A stretch of 58,378 bases of DNA from a virus (Duplodnaviria > Caudoviricetes): positions 1 through 58,378 of the IMG/VR virus record IMGVR_UViG_3300032249_000138. One strand, written 5' to 3'. Under the pieces are notes generated by a model, which made no database searches, was not told where the DNA came from, and saw only the letters and a program-made list of their open reading frames with translations. Each line of letters opens with the position of its first letter. The first letter of the stretch is position 1. The translations under genes and the position numbers were made by a program. Shown here piece by piece: positions 37,509-46,513 of the stretch.

Positions 37509-37708
37509 CAGGCAAGAAAGTATTGTGGGTAATACAAACCAAGAAGACGGATCACATCTTCCCTACACTCAAGGCAGCAAGGGCATCTAATGCCGGGCTT
37601 GATCCGTGGAAAAGTGGGGAGCAGTTGCGTATCATTAGTCGGATAGTGCTGGATAAAATCTCACGGAAAGGATCACATGTTAGAAGCACTCGAAGTGGTA
37701 GTACCTAA
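37505..37708 (+). CDS. Hypothetical early protein
   Basis: AAGGAG RBS and ATGA overlap. Confidence 0.55.
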   Translation: MTGKKVLWVIQTKKTDHIFPTLKAARASNAGLDPWKSGEQLRIISRIVLDKISRKGSHVRSTRSGST

Positions 37709-38147
37709 TCATCCCAAGGCACGAGAGCGTAACAAGTTCGATGCCCCCGTGGATGTGAAGGAGCATGACTGGGTACATACGAATGTCAAGTTTGTAGGTA
37801 CACCAGTGCAGTATGGCACAGTGTACAAGGCATTCAAAGGTACGACACCCTTCACTGATCTAGGATACAAGGCACAGGCTGATTGCCCTACACACACCAT
37901 CAGTAGATGGTCGGTAAGGGAATGTCCTGTAGCTAAGTACGATGGTGATAGTTTGTGGGTAGCATTCGAGTCACGGGGTGGTACACCTCACCAGTTCTTG
38001 CAGTATGTAGCAGATACACAGGAGGTAAAGGTTGTAGGTACACATTTACCTGTGTATTCAATTAGATGGAAGCAGACGATCTACTCTAAGGGTTTACCCC
38101 CATTGACAAGTAGTTACGGTAGGTCTGATACTAGCAGTGCAATTTAG
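37677..38147 (+). CDS. Hypothetical early protein
   Basis: 156-aa ORF with AAGGA RBS. Confidence 0.6.
   Translation: MLEALEVVVPNHPKARERNKFDAPVDVKEHDWVHTNVKFVGTPVQYGTVYKAFKGTTPFTDLGYKAQADCPTHTISRWSVRECPVAKYDGDSLWVAFESRGGTPHQFLQYVADTQEVKVVGTHLPVYSIRWKQTIYSKGLPPLTSSYGRSDTSSAI
38103..38132 (+). promoter_or_regulatory. Sigma70-like promoter
   Basis: TTGACA-N18-GATACT. Confidence 0.65.
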
Positions 38148-38191
38148 TTTCGTAGTTCAATTTCAATCATACATTTTATAAGGAAATAAAT

Positions 38192-39067
38192 ATGTTAGTT
38201 ACATCAAACAGTGGTATCCCAGCATTGCCAGCACACTTGGACTTTGACCCAGTGCGTGAGCCACAGATGCGTAATGGCATTGCAATCCCTAACAAGTTCT
38301 GGACAGTCAATCCCCTCACAGATACGGTGATCGGAGATGGCAAGTCAGTGCATAACCCAGTCAACTTCCGTACCGTATGGGACAACATGCGTACTGGCTT
38401 GAGCCTAGCTAAGCTGGACACCAGCAATGTGGATGTCAAGTTCTCATCCATGAATAATGGTGCAGCATTCTCTGCTCAGATCATCCTCAAGCAGTACAAC
38501 TTCGAGAAGAAGTTGGGTGAGCCAGCGAAGATGGTGATGCATGTCCGTGACTCACACGATCAGTCAGTCAAGATGCAGATCAGTGCTATGATCTACCGCC
38601 TTGCTTGCTTGAACGGTATGATTGCACCACGAGAGCGTGTCGGTATCTCACAGAAGCACACCACGTTCTATGATCCTGAGGTCATCGGCAAGGTAGCTTC
38701 CCAGTTCCCTGAGAAGTTAGAGCGTGATGCAGAGGTGATGTATCAGATGCAAGGTGTCAAGGTGAATCGTGATACAGCTATCGAGTTCTTCCGCAAGAAC
38801 GTAGCTACATACGTTACGAAGACTGGTGCCAAGATCAATAACAAATGGCTTGAGCGTATCATCGGTATCTACGATAGCTACAACACCATGAATGGTACTG
38901 CGTATCAGGTCTACAACACACTGACACACATCAGTACTCACGTTGAAGCACAGCGTGATGGCACTGAGGTAGAGCGTAAGCGTATCCGTATTGAGCAGGA
39001 CATCGAGTCTGTCATTCAAGGTGCTGACTTCCAGCACATGATTGCACCTCAAGTAGAATACGCTTAA
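38192..39067 (+). CDS. DUF932-family protein
   Basis: DSHDQS, RLACLNGMI, KHT and AYQVYNTLTH motifs. Has its own promoter and terminator. Confidence 0.8.
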   Translation: MLVTSNSGIPALPAHLDFDPVREPQMRNGIAIPNKFWTVNPLTDTVIGDGKSVHNPVNFRTVWDNMRTGLSLAKLDTSNVDVKFSSMNNGAAFSAQIILKQYNFEKKLGEPAKMVMHVRDSHDQSVKMQISAMIYRLACLNGMIAPRERVGISQKHTTFYDPEVIGKVASQFPEKLERDAEVMYQMQGVKVNRDTAIEFFRKNVATYVTKTGAKINNKWLERIIGIYDSYNTMNGTAYQVYNTLTHISTHVEAQRDGTEVERKRIRIEQDIESVIQGADFQHMIAPQVEYA

Positions 39068-39069
39068 TG

Positions 39070-39103
39070 GTAGGGGAGGGTAACACCTCCCTTACTTTTC
39101 TTT
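39070..39103 (+). terminator. Rho-independent terminator
   Basis: GTAGGGGAGG-GTAACA-CCTCCCTTAC-TTTTCTTT. Confidence 0.8.
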
Positions 39104-39124
39104 AATTAAATCAAGGAGTTACAT

Positions 39125-39367
39125 GTGATTAATGAACATGATCTAGCAGACATGTGTAGTCTGTTCGAGTTACACAAGGGTGACAAGTTCAAGCTTGCAC
39201 CTGAAGAAGAAGCAGGCGAAGAGGTACGAGTACCGCCTGCACACGAGGACCCTAACTTTGACTTAGAGTATTTGTTTGATCACATCGATGGCATGTACAG
39301 CTACTGTAAGAATAAAGCTGGACAGGTCGTACACTTTGCAGCATGGACTAAGGTATATAAACTATGA
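39125..39367 (+). CDS. Hypothetical protein
   Basis: FDHIDGMYSYC...HFAAWTKV. AAGGAG RBS. Confidence 0.7.
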   Translation: MINEHDLADMCSLFELHKGDKFKLAPEEEAGEEVRVPPAHEDPNFDLEYLFDHIDGMYSYCKNKAGQVVHFAAWTKVYKL

Positions 39368-39735
39368 CTAAGAAATTAAGTTCGTTACAACAAGAGTGGG
39401 ATGCCATCACATCTGTGGCTACTAAAAAATACGTAGCTATAAAGGATCGTATGGATGTAGAGGATGCAATCCAACACGTAGAAACTACAGTGCAGGACAT
39501 TGACGCACTCATTGAACGGTACGTAGACAGACCCGATCACATCAGTGAGGATGAGATGTGGAACTACCTCGAAGGTATCAAGTGTGTACTCAAGCTGCGT
39601 ATAGATGGGCTATGGGATGCACACAGACAGCGTGAATGCATTGATGGGTATGCACCTATAGATGAGGTCATGCGTCAGCGATTCGAGGACATACTGGTAG
39701 TGCCTGATCCTAAGAAGAAGAGTAAAAAGAAATGA
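39364..39735 (+). CDS. Hypothetical protein
   Basis: 123-aa ORF with ATGA overlap. Confidence 0.65.
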   Translation: MTKKLSSLQQEWDAITSVATKKYVAIKDRMDVEDAIQHVETTVQDIDALIERYVDRPDHISEDEMWNYLEGIKCVLKLRIDGLWDAHRQRECIDGYAPIDEVMRQRFEDILVVPDPKKKSKKK

Positions 39736-39850
39736 GCTTCACTATCTATGAACCCAGTGGGCAGCGTTTTATCCAGTGGTTTCCTACTATTGATGCCCTG
39801 ATTAAATCCATGCTCAAGAATCCCACTCACACATATCACAGGAACCCAAC

Positions 39851-40039
39851 ATGAACATACGAGTTGAAGAAGTTACAGAAAATCCAGATGGAAGTGCGAA
39901 TGCAGTTATCTATTTTGATAACGAAGGTTTAAAGTTCCTGATTCAGTACGGAGTACTAGACATTCTTACTAAGTATTCTGAACAGAACCCTATTCCACAG
40001 CCTGAACCTGTTAAGAAGCGAAGGGCTAAGGCTAAATGA
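39851..40039 (+). CDS. Hypothetical protein
   Basis: 62 aa with ENPDGSA motif. Confidence 0.6.
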   Translation: MNIRVEEVTENPDGSANAVIYFDNEGLKFLIQYGVLDILTKYSEQNPIPQPEPVKKRRAKAK

Positions 40040-40269
40040 TAGGGCTATGTAAGCAGGTGTTTGTACTGGCTGTGTTTATCTTGGGTGTATTCCTAGGGTA
40101 CATGGCAGGTCAGTCTGAGTACAAGCATGACAGTTGTTACGATGCGACAGGTACGTACACTGACTACACAGCGTGGCTGTCTGTACGAGATGGAATTTAC
40201 AGATGCTTTTGGATAGAGAAGAACTACCCATGGAGGGTAAGACAACAGGGGATAATCGATGTCAAATAA
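40036..40269 (+). CDS. Small membrane-anchored protein
   Basis: N-terminal hydrophobic helix. Confidence 0.6.
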   Translation: MIGLCKQVFVLAVFILGVFLGYMAGQSEYKHDSCYDATGTYTDYTAWLSVRDGIYRCFWIEKNYPWRVRQQGIIDVK

Positions 40270-40624
40270 TGTTGGTGATATTAACAGTGATGACAAGGGC
40301 ACTGGGGCTAGGTACATCAGTGGTAAGGCAGACCTAAGCCTTATCCCTCTGAGTACGTTAGAGGAAGAAGCAAGGGTATGGATGTACGGTACCAAGAAGT
40401 ACAAGGCATTTAACTGGATGAAGGGTATGCCTTGGTCAGTACCACTGGGCTGTGCACTAAGGCACATAGCTGCATGGCAAGAGGGGGAGGATTTGGATCA
40501 AGAGTCTGGGCACCATCACCTAGCACATGCTATGTGTAACCTGCGTATGCTCATGCTGTACAGCAAGGCATACAAGGCAGGGGATGACAGACCACCGAGG
40601 GAATACTTCAGTGAAGGAAGTTAA
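40259..40624 (+). CDS. dATP/dGTP diphosphohydrolase-like domain protein (DUF5664)
   Basis: GK..LSLIP, YG.KKY...NW.KG, ALRHI..W..GEDLD.ESG..HLAHA motifs. Confidence 0.8.
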   Translation: MSNNVGDINSDDKGTGARYISGKADLSLIPLSTLEEEARVWMYGTKKYKAFNWMKGMPWSVPLGCALRHIAAWQEGEDLDQESGHHHLAHAMCNLRMLMLYSKAYKAGDDRPPREYFSEGS

Positions 40625-40826
40625 GTGGGCAGGTACAATCCTCTGTCTATTAGGCATAGGATTGACCAGCTTTAACGTATACCCACTCAACATATTCCTA
40701 AGCCTGATTGGTAGTGGACTGTGGACATGGGCAGGATGGAAGCAAAGAGATGCACCGTTGACTTTGGTTGAGGGTGTTGCAGTTACATTATATTTTATAG
40801 GAGTAATAACATGGCTGATGAATTAA
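40611..40826 (+). CDS. Small multi-TM membrane protein
   Basis: GTG start at 40611 (KEVKWAGTIL). Three hydrophobic segments. Confidence 0.6.
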   Translation: MKEVKWAGTILCLLGIGLTSFNVYPLNIFLSLIGSGLWTWAGWKQRDAPLTLVEGVAVTLYFIGVITWLMN

Positions 40827-41005
40827 AGATACCCCAGTTTAGTAAGCAAAAGAAAATCAAAGAGAACCCACCCATAGTGGAAGTATCCATGGTCGATTAT
40901 GTACCACTAACAGATGAGCAGATCGAGTCATGCCGTAAGGGTCAGGACATCTTTGACTTTGCCCGTGACATTGAAGAACTTGTACGCATCAACAACAAGA
41001 TCTAA
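40811..41005 (+). CDS. Hypothetical protein
   Basis: AGGAG RBS. PLTDEQI..DFARDIE motif. Confidence 0.6.
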   Translation: MADELKIPQFSKQKKIKENPPIVEVSMVDYVPLTDEQIESCRKGQDIFDFARDIEELVRINNKI

Positions 41006-41134
41006 TGTACGTTTTGATCGGAGCATTCCTGCTGTACCAGTTCAATGCAAGCCCAATGTGGTGGGCTGCGTATGGCATCGTGTTAGTACTTAACTTTTTA
41101 ACTGCCTTCATTCAAGGCTACAGACAACGAGGTA

Positions 41135-41428
41135 TTGAAAATGGATTATAAATTTACATTAAGTTTAGATGGTGATCAGGTAGATGAACTGGTAGTAGCC
41201 AGTCTACAGGAAACCTACGAAGAGTGTGTCAAGACGTTGCTGTGCCCTACCCGTCAGTGGTATGACCCCGTTGAAGATGTAATCCGCAGGCAAGAGGCAC
41301 TGACTGAACTGCTGCAGTATTACATGGCACCTGAAGCCTACCGTACTTACGTTAACTATTGGAATGCATACACCCTACAGGAAGGAACAGTAAATGAAAA
41401 AGATAAAGATGCAGGAGTTGATGACTGA
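41135..41428 (+). CDS. Hypothetical protein
   Basis: 97-aa ORF upstream of the integrase. Confidence 0.6.
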   Translation: MKMDYKFTLSLDGDQVDELVVASLQETYEECVKTLLCPTRQWYDPVEDVIRRQEALTELLQYYMAPEAYRTYVNYWNAYTLQEGTVNEKDKDAGVDD

Positions 41429-42299
41429 GTACTACGCATCACTTGACTACCGTTCTTTATCTGATTCAGCTAAGCGTGACTATCGCTACTGCCTGAACAC
41501 ATTCCTTGCTACAGTTGTACGTAACAGATCTGTGTCCAAGATGTATGCACAGTCTATGGATACTCCCTTAGCCCAAGTTGCTTACAACATCTGGGCTGAG
41601 AGGGGTGTCTCATTTGCTAACCACACCCATGCTGTAGCCAGTAAGCTGTACAACTTTGGAATACAGCTAGGCTACCTAGATATGAATCCCTTCAGCAAGG
41701 TGTCTAAACGCACCGCTAAGCCACGCAAAGTGGTATGGACAAGGGAGCATATCAACTTGTTCTTAGACACAGCCTACAGCCGTTTTAAGTGGCGTAGCGT
41801 AGGGCTTATAGTTCAGATGGCATACGAGTGGTGTCAGAGACTAGGTGACATGGCTAACCTGACATGGGATATGTATGACCCTGAGACTAGGGTCTTGTAC
41901 CTAGAACAGTCTAAGCGTAGGGCTAAGGTAGAGTTACCTACCACAGATGAACTGCATGAGATGTTGATGCAGCAGAAGGCAGACGTAGACTTCCAGTCTT
42001 ATGTAGCACCTAGGTGTATGGAACGTAGGATCCTTAGCAGACCTTACGATAAGTATGCACTGTCGTATGTAGCTAGGGAAATCATCAAGGCTGCTGGGTT
42101 GCCGGATGAGTTACAGATTATGGACATGCGTAGGACTGGTACCATGGAGATGGTTGAAGCAGGGGTATCCCTTCCTCAGATCATGAGTATCACAGGTCAT
42201 GCCAATCCGCAGTCAGTAAAACCCTACATGAAAAATACATTGACAAGTGCTAGGAAAGCTGCTACGCTTCGCTTTAACACCGCCAGTGATACAGTATAA
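41394..42299 (+). CDS. int: Tyrosine recombinase / integrase
   Basis: Catalytic R in WCQRLGD, K in QSKR, DMRRT (D in the usual H position), and ITGH...KPY. Confidence 0.88.
   Translation: MKKIKMQELMTEYYASLDYRSLSDSAKRDYRYCLNTFLATVVRNRSVSKMYAQSMDTPLAQVAYNIWAERGVSFANHTHAVASKLYNFGIQLGYLDMNPFSKVSKRTAKPRKVVWTREHINLFLDTAYSRFKWRSVGLIVQMAYEWCQRLGDMANLTWDMYDPETRVLYLEQSKRRAKVELPTTDELHEMLMQQKADVDFQSYVAPRCMERRILSRPYDKYALSYVAREIIKAAGLPDELQIMDMRRTGTMEMVEAGVSLPQIMSITGHANPQSVKPYMKNTLTSARKAATLRFNTASDTV
42240..42268 (+). promoter_or_regulatory. Sigma70-like promoter inside the int 3' end, facing the replication genes
   Basis: TTGACA-N17-TACGCT. Confidence 0.55.
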
Positions 42300-42442
42300 G
42301 GATATGCAATGAAAGTAAAATTACTCATAACTCACTGGCACAAGGGTGGTGTATTCCACTGGGGTGACTGGAAGTTTAATGGAGGAGATAGCTACCTAAG
42401 CTACCGCCTTGGTCCCCTGTTAGTACACATAAGGAAAGAGGC

Positions 42443-43219
42443 ATGAATATTCGTGCATACGTAGAAGGATTAGAACTATCCCTAGGTCGAGTACACAGGG
42501 GGAACTGCCCAGTATGCCAGCGTAAGAACACCTTCACTGCCATCAATGATATGGGTACCGTGATGTGGAACTGTTACTCCAATGGTTGCAATGTGGCAGG
42601 GGCTATCAAAACATTTATACCTGCTGCAGATTTAATGAGGTTAATGCATGTGAATTGTGTACATACAGATTTACCTATCGACTTTGAGTTTCCTGACTGG
42701 ATCATTGTTGACTATGAACGCAAGGGATTGAAAGACTTGTGCCATCGCTGGCAGTTAGATCCACACTGGCTTGACCTACGATACGACATCCGAGAAGAGC
42801 GTGTGGTATTTCCTGTACGTGAGGGTGGCAAGTTAGTAGACGGAGTAGGTAGAGGCATACACCATGGCATCACACCTAAGTGGAAACGCTACGGTGTAGC
42901 ACGTTCAGCGTATGTGGTAGGTGACATGGATGTAGCTGTCGTAGTAGAGGATTGCATTAGTGCTGCAGTTGTGGATACATTAGGTGGCACAGGCTTTGCC
43001 CTACTGGGTACAGCGTTACTCGAGGAACACAAACGATTGCTTGCCAAGTACAAGAAGGTTGTGGTAGCATTAGATCCAGACGCAATGAGTAAGACACTTG
43101 TATATACCCGTGAACTAAAGGCTATTGGAATCGAAGCAGTAGCCATGAATTTGCTGGATGATTTAAAGTACCGTGTCCCAGAGGATATAGCCCAGTTGAA
43201 AAATAGAATGAGGAGTTAG
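42443..43219 (+). CDS. DNA primase (zinc finger plus TOPRIM)
   Basis: CPVC..CYSNGC zinc finger, and VVVED..SA and ALDPDA TOPRIM motifs. Confidence 0.88.
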   Translation: MNIRAYVEGLELSLGRVHRGNCPVCQRKNTFTAINDMGTVMWNCYSNGCNVAGAIKTFIPAADLMRLMHVNCVHTDLPIDFEFPDWIIVDYERKGLKDLCHRWQLDPHWLDLRYDIREERVVFPVREGGKLVDGVGRGIHHGITPKWKRYGVARSAYVVGDMDVAVVVEDCISAAVVDTLGGTGFALLGTALLEEHKRLLAKYKKVVVALDPDAMSKTLVYTRELKAIGIEAVAMNLLDDLKYRVPEDIAQLKNRMRS

Positions 43220-43220
43220 T

Positions 43221-44444
43221 ATGGAATTGACATTGATTAGAAGTTTGATGGACAAAGACTTCTACGATGAGACAAGAGGTAACCGTTGTCCAGATAAGTT
43301 GTTCAGTAAAGATACACGTAAGATCAAATCAACCATCGACACAGCGATGGAACAGTACCAAAGAAATTTAACAGTAGACGAAGTACAAGCACTATTCTTT
43401 GCAGCAAATCCCACACTTACTACAGCACAGAAACAATCATACGAATTGCAGTTCAATAAGATTCGTAAGGAAGATATCATGGGTGCTGATGTTGCAACAG
43501 AAGTATTAAGCAACATGTTCCGGCAAGTGGTGGGTGAGGAGGTAGCTAACCTTGGATTCCAGTATGTCAATGGTGACCAGACTACAATGGAACCACTGAG
43601 ACATATCCTTGATATGTACCAAGATGATTTTACACCAAGCATTCGTATCAAGTACGTAGACAATAGCATTGAGAACTTGATTGAGAGTGCAGCAAACAAT
43701 ACCAAGTGGCAGTTTAATATTCCATCACTACATCATTCAGTCAATGGCTTAGACAATGGAATGTTATTTGTTATTGGTGCACGTAGTAACGTAGGTAAGT
43801 CAAGCTTCCACTCCACCTTGTGTGCAGGTCCTAATGGCTGGGCATATCAAGGTGCAAAGATACTTGTGCTGTGTAATGAAGAGAAGCCGGAGCGTGTAGC
43901 ATCCCGCTACATGACTGCTTGTACGGGCATGACGATACAGCAGATCGTGGCTGACAAGATCACAGCACACAGATCATATGATCCTATCAAGGACAACTTA
44001 AAGTTTGTAGATGCAACAGGCAGGACAATGAAATGGGCTGAGTCAGTCATCAAGAAACATAAGCCTGACATTGTTGTGCTTGACATCGGCAGTAAGTTCT
44101 CAGAGGAAGGTGCTTCAACTAATAACCATGAGACACTGAAAGCTAATGCAGTCTATGCCCGTAACATCGGTAAGATCTATGGCTGCTTAGTTGTGTATTG
44201 CACACAGTTGAGTGCTGAAGCAGAAGGCAAGATCGTATTGTCTCAGGCTATGATTGAAGGCAGTAAGACTGGCTTGGCAGGTGAGTCAGACTTGATGATC
44301 CTAGTTGCACGTAACCCGCCCATGAATGATCAGACAGAGGATGATGGTATGCGTTACCTAAACATTGTAAAGAACAAGATCAGTGGCATCCATCGTATTA
44401 TAAATTGTGAGTTTGACTATCACACTGGTGCATACTCATCATGA
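43221..44444 (+). CDS. DnaB-like replicative helicase
   Basis: Walker A GARSNVGKSS, LCNEE, DIVVLD, TQLSAEAEG and IVKNK. Confidence 0.9.
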   Translation: MELTLIRSLMDKDFYDETRGNRCPDKLFSKDTRKIKSTIDTAMEQYQRNLTVDEVQALFFAANPTLTTAQKQSYELQFNKIRKEDIMGADVATEVLSNMFRQVVGEEVANLGFQYVNGDQTTMEPLRHILDMYQDDFTPSIRIKYVDNSIENLIESAANNTKWQFNIPSLHHSVNGLDNGMLFVIGARSNVGKSSFHSTLCAGPNGWAYQGAKILVLCNEEKPERVASRYMTACTGMTIQQIVADKITAHRSYDPIKDNLKFVDATGRTMKWAESVIKKHKPDIVVLDIGSKFSEEGASTNNHETLKANAVYARNIGKIYGCLVVYCTQLSAEAEGKIVLSQAMIEGSKTGLAGESDLMILVARNPPMNDQTEDDGMRYLNIVKNKISGIHRIINCEFDYHTGAYSS

Positions 44445-46492
44445 TTATCACACTTGACGTGGAGAACACAGTCAGTAACAGAGGGGGTAAGAAACACCTT
44501 GATCCCTTTGAGACTGGCAATACGCTGGTGATGGTTGGGTACAAGGTATTAGATGGTGTGTATGGTGTGTATACATTTGATCACTCCGAAGTGCAAGAAG
44601 ATTGTGCCAAGAATAGACAAGACCTACAGGCTGTACTGGATCAGACTACCCTCATGATTGGACACAACTTAAACCATGACTTAGTGTGGCTATGGGAGTC
44701 TGGCTTTAAGTATGATGGGCTTATCTTCGATACCATGATCAGTGACTATGTGTTACAGCGTGGAGTCAAGCTGCCATCAGACTTGGGTTCAGTTGCTATG
44801 CGCCATGGCTGTGAGATCCTTAAGCAAGACACACTCAAGACTTACTTTAAGAATGGGTACAGTACTCGTGACATCCCTCATGCTGAGCTAGTCGAGTACC
44901 TTGAGCATGACCTAGGTTCCACTGAGGGTATCTACAAATCAATACAGGCTAAGCTGTTGACACCTCAGGATGCAGGTCTACGTGAGACGATTGAGATGTC
45001 CAACGAAGTTGCTATGGTTCTGTCAAGGATCTATCACACGGGTATCAAGGTAGACTTGTCAGCACTGGATGCAGTACGGCTACAGTTCGAGACAGAGCGA
45101 GATGAGATTGTGAAGTTACTGCAGTCTCATGTACGTACACTGATGGGTGATACACCAATCAATCTCAATAGCCCCGAGCAGTTGTCATGGATTGTGTACA
45201 GTCGTAAGCCCCACAACAAGGGTGCATGGATGACTGCCATTACTCCTTACATGAAAGACACAGAGTTCAAGGAAGCAGTCAAGCGACACTTCAGTAATGT
45301 GTACAAGACCAAGGCAGTTAAGTGTGCTGGCTGTGATGGCAAGGGCTTTACATTCAAGACCAAGAAGGATGGTAGCCCATTCAAGAAGTCCACTAAGTGT
45401 GTTACATGTAACGGTGTAGGGTTTGAGTTCAAGCCTACTAAGGAACTGGCAGGGTTAAAGTTCACAGCACCTAATGCTAAGTGGGCTAGTGCTAATGGCT
45501 TTGGTACAGGCAAGGATAACCTTGAGACCCTTGAACGAGTAGCTGTATCCAAGGGTATGACGGATGCTGTTGAATTCCTAGGTAAGCTACGTAGGCTGTC
45601 AGCATTGGATAGTTACCTAAGTAACTTCGTTGAGGGTATTGCTTCTTACCTTAAGCCGGATGGTCTATTGCATGTACGATTAAACCAACATGTCACTTCG
45701 ACTGGTAGGTTCAGTGGGTCTAACCCTAACATGCAGAACATGCCTAGGGGTGGTACCTTCCCAGTGAAGCGGGTATTTGTATCTCGCTTTGAGGGTGGTA
45801 AGATTATGGAAGCAGACTTTGCCCAGCTAGAGTTTCGTGTAGCTGCATTCTTATCCCAAGATCAACGGGCTATGCAGGAAGTAGCTGAAGGGTTTGATGT
45901 GCACTCGTATACTGCCAAGGTTATTACGGATGCAGGTCAGCCTACCAGTAGACAGGATGCCAAGGCACATACCTTTGCCCCACTCTATGGTGCTACTGGG
46001 TATGGTCGTACCCCGTCTGAGGCTGCATACTACAAGCACTTCCTAGAGAAGTACACAGGCATTGCCAAGTGGCACAGTGTTCTAGCCAAGCAAGCCTTGA
46101 ATTATAAGTACATAAAGATACCTAGCAATAGGGAGTTTGCATTCCCTGATGTACAGCGTAAGCGGGATGGGACAGTGACACACTTTACTGCCATCAAGAA
46201 CTACCCAGTTCAAGCCTTCGCTACAGCAGACATAGTACCTTTAGCCCTAGTAGAAATCTACAATAGGCTGAAGCCGTACAAGAGCAGAGTAGTAAATTCT
46301 GTCCATGATTCTATCGTGATTGATGTTCACCCCGATGAGATAGAAGAAGCGGTCAGAGTAATTGATGGAGTACAGCGGGATCTAGTGGGTTTGATCAATA
46401 AAAAATGGTCAATAGATTTCAATGTACCCCTTGCATTAGATAGTAAAATGGGTGATAATTGGTTAGAGCAAAAAGATGTACACGTTAATTAA
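44441..46492 (+). CDS. Family A DNA polymerase with DnaJ-like zinc-finger insertion
   Basis: Exonuclease LDVE and GHN...D, TGRFSG.NPNMQNMP, motif A ADFAQLEFR, motif B RQDAK..TF..LYG, motif C VHDS. Two CXXCXGXG motifs at 45323-45421. Confidence 0.95.
   Translation: MIITLDVENTVSNRGGKKHLDPFETGNTLVMVGYKVLDGVYGVYTFDHSEVQEDCAKNRQDLQAVLDQTTLMIGHNLNHDLVWLWESGFKYDGLIFDTMISDYVLQRGVKLPSDLGSVAMRHGCEILKQDTLKTYFKNGYSTRDIPHAELVEYLEHDLGSTEGIYKSIQAKLLTPQDAGLRETIEMSNEVAMVLSRIYHTGIKVDLSALDAVRLQFETERDEIVKLLQSHVRTLMGDTPINLNSPEQLSWIVYSRKPHNKGAWMTAITPYMKDTEFKEAVKRHFSNVYKTKAVKCAGCDGKGFTFKTKKDGSPFKKSTKCVTCNGVGFEFKPTKELAGLKFTAPNAKWASANGFGTGKDNLETLERVAVSKGMTDAVEFLGKLRRLSALDSYLSNFVEGIASYLKPDGLLHVRLNQHVTSTGRFSGSNPNMQNMPRGGTFPVKRVFVSRFEGGKIMEADFAQLEFRVAAFLSQDQRAMQEVAEGFDVHSYTAKVITDAGQPTSRQDAKAHTFAPLYGATGYGRTPSEAAYYKHFLEKYTGIAKWHSVLAKQALNYKYIKIPSNREFAFPDVQRKRDGTVTHFTAIKNYPVQAFATADIVPLALVEIYNRLKPYKSRVVNSVHDSIVIDVHPDEIEEAVRVIDGVQRDLVGLINKKWSIDFNVPLALDSKMGDNWLEQKDVHVN
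46431..46459 (+). promoter_or_regulatory. Possible sigma70-like promoter for the SSB gene
   Basis: TTGCAT-N17-GATAAT. Confidence 0.45.
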
Positions 46493-46513
46493 CAACAGAA
46501 AAGGAATAGACAC

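Noticed and set aside
40259-46492. 2-aminoadenine (Z) genome system
   Set aside because: No PurZ / adenylosuccinate synthetase-like gene is present.
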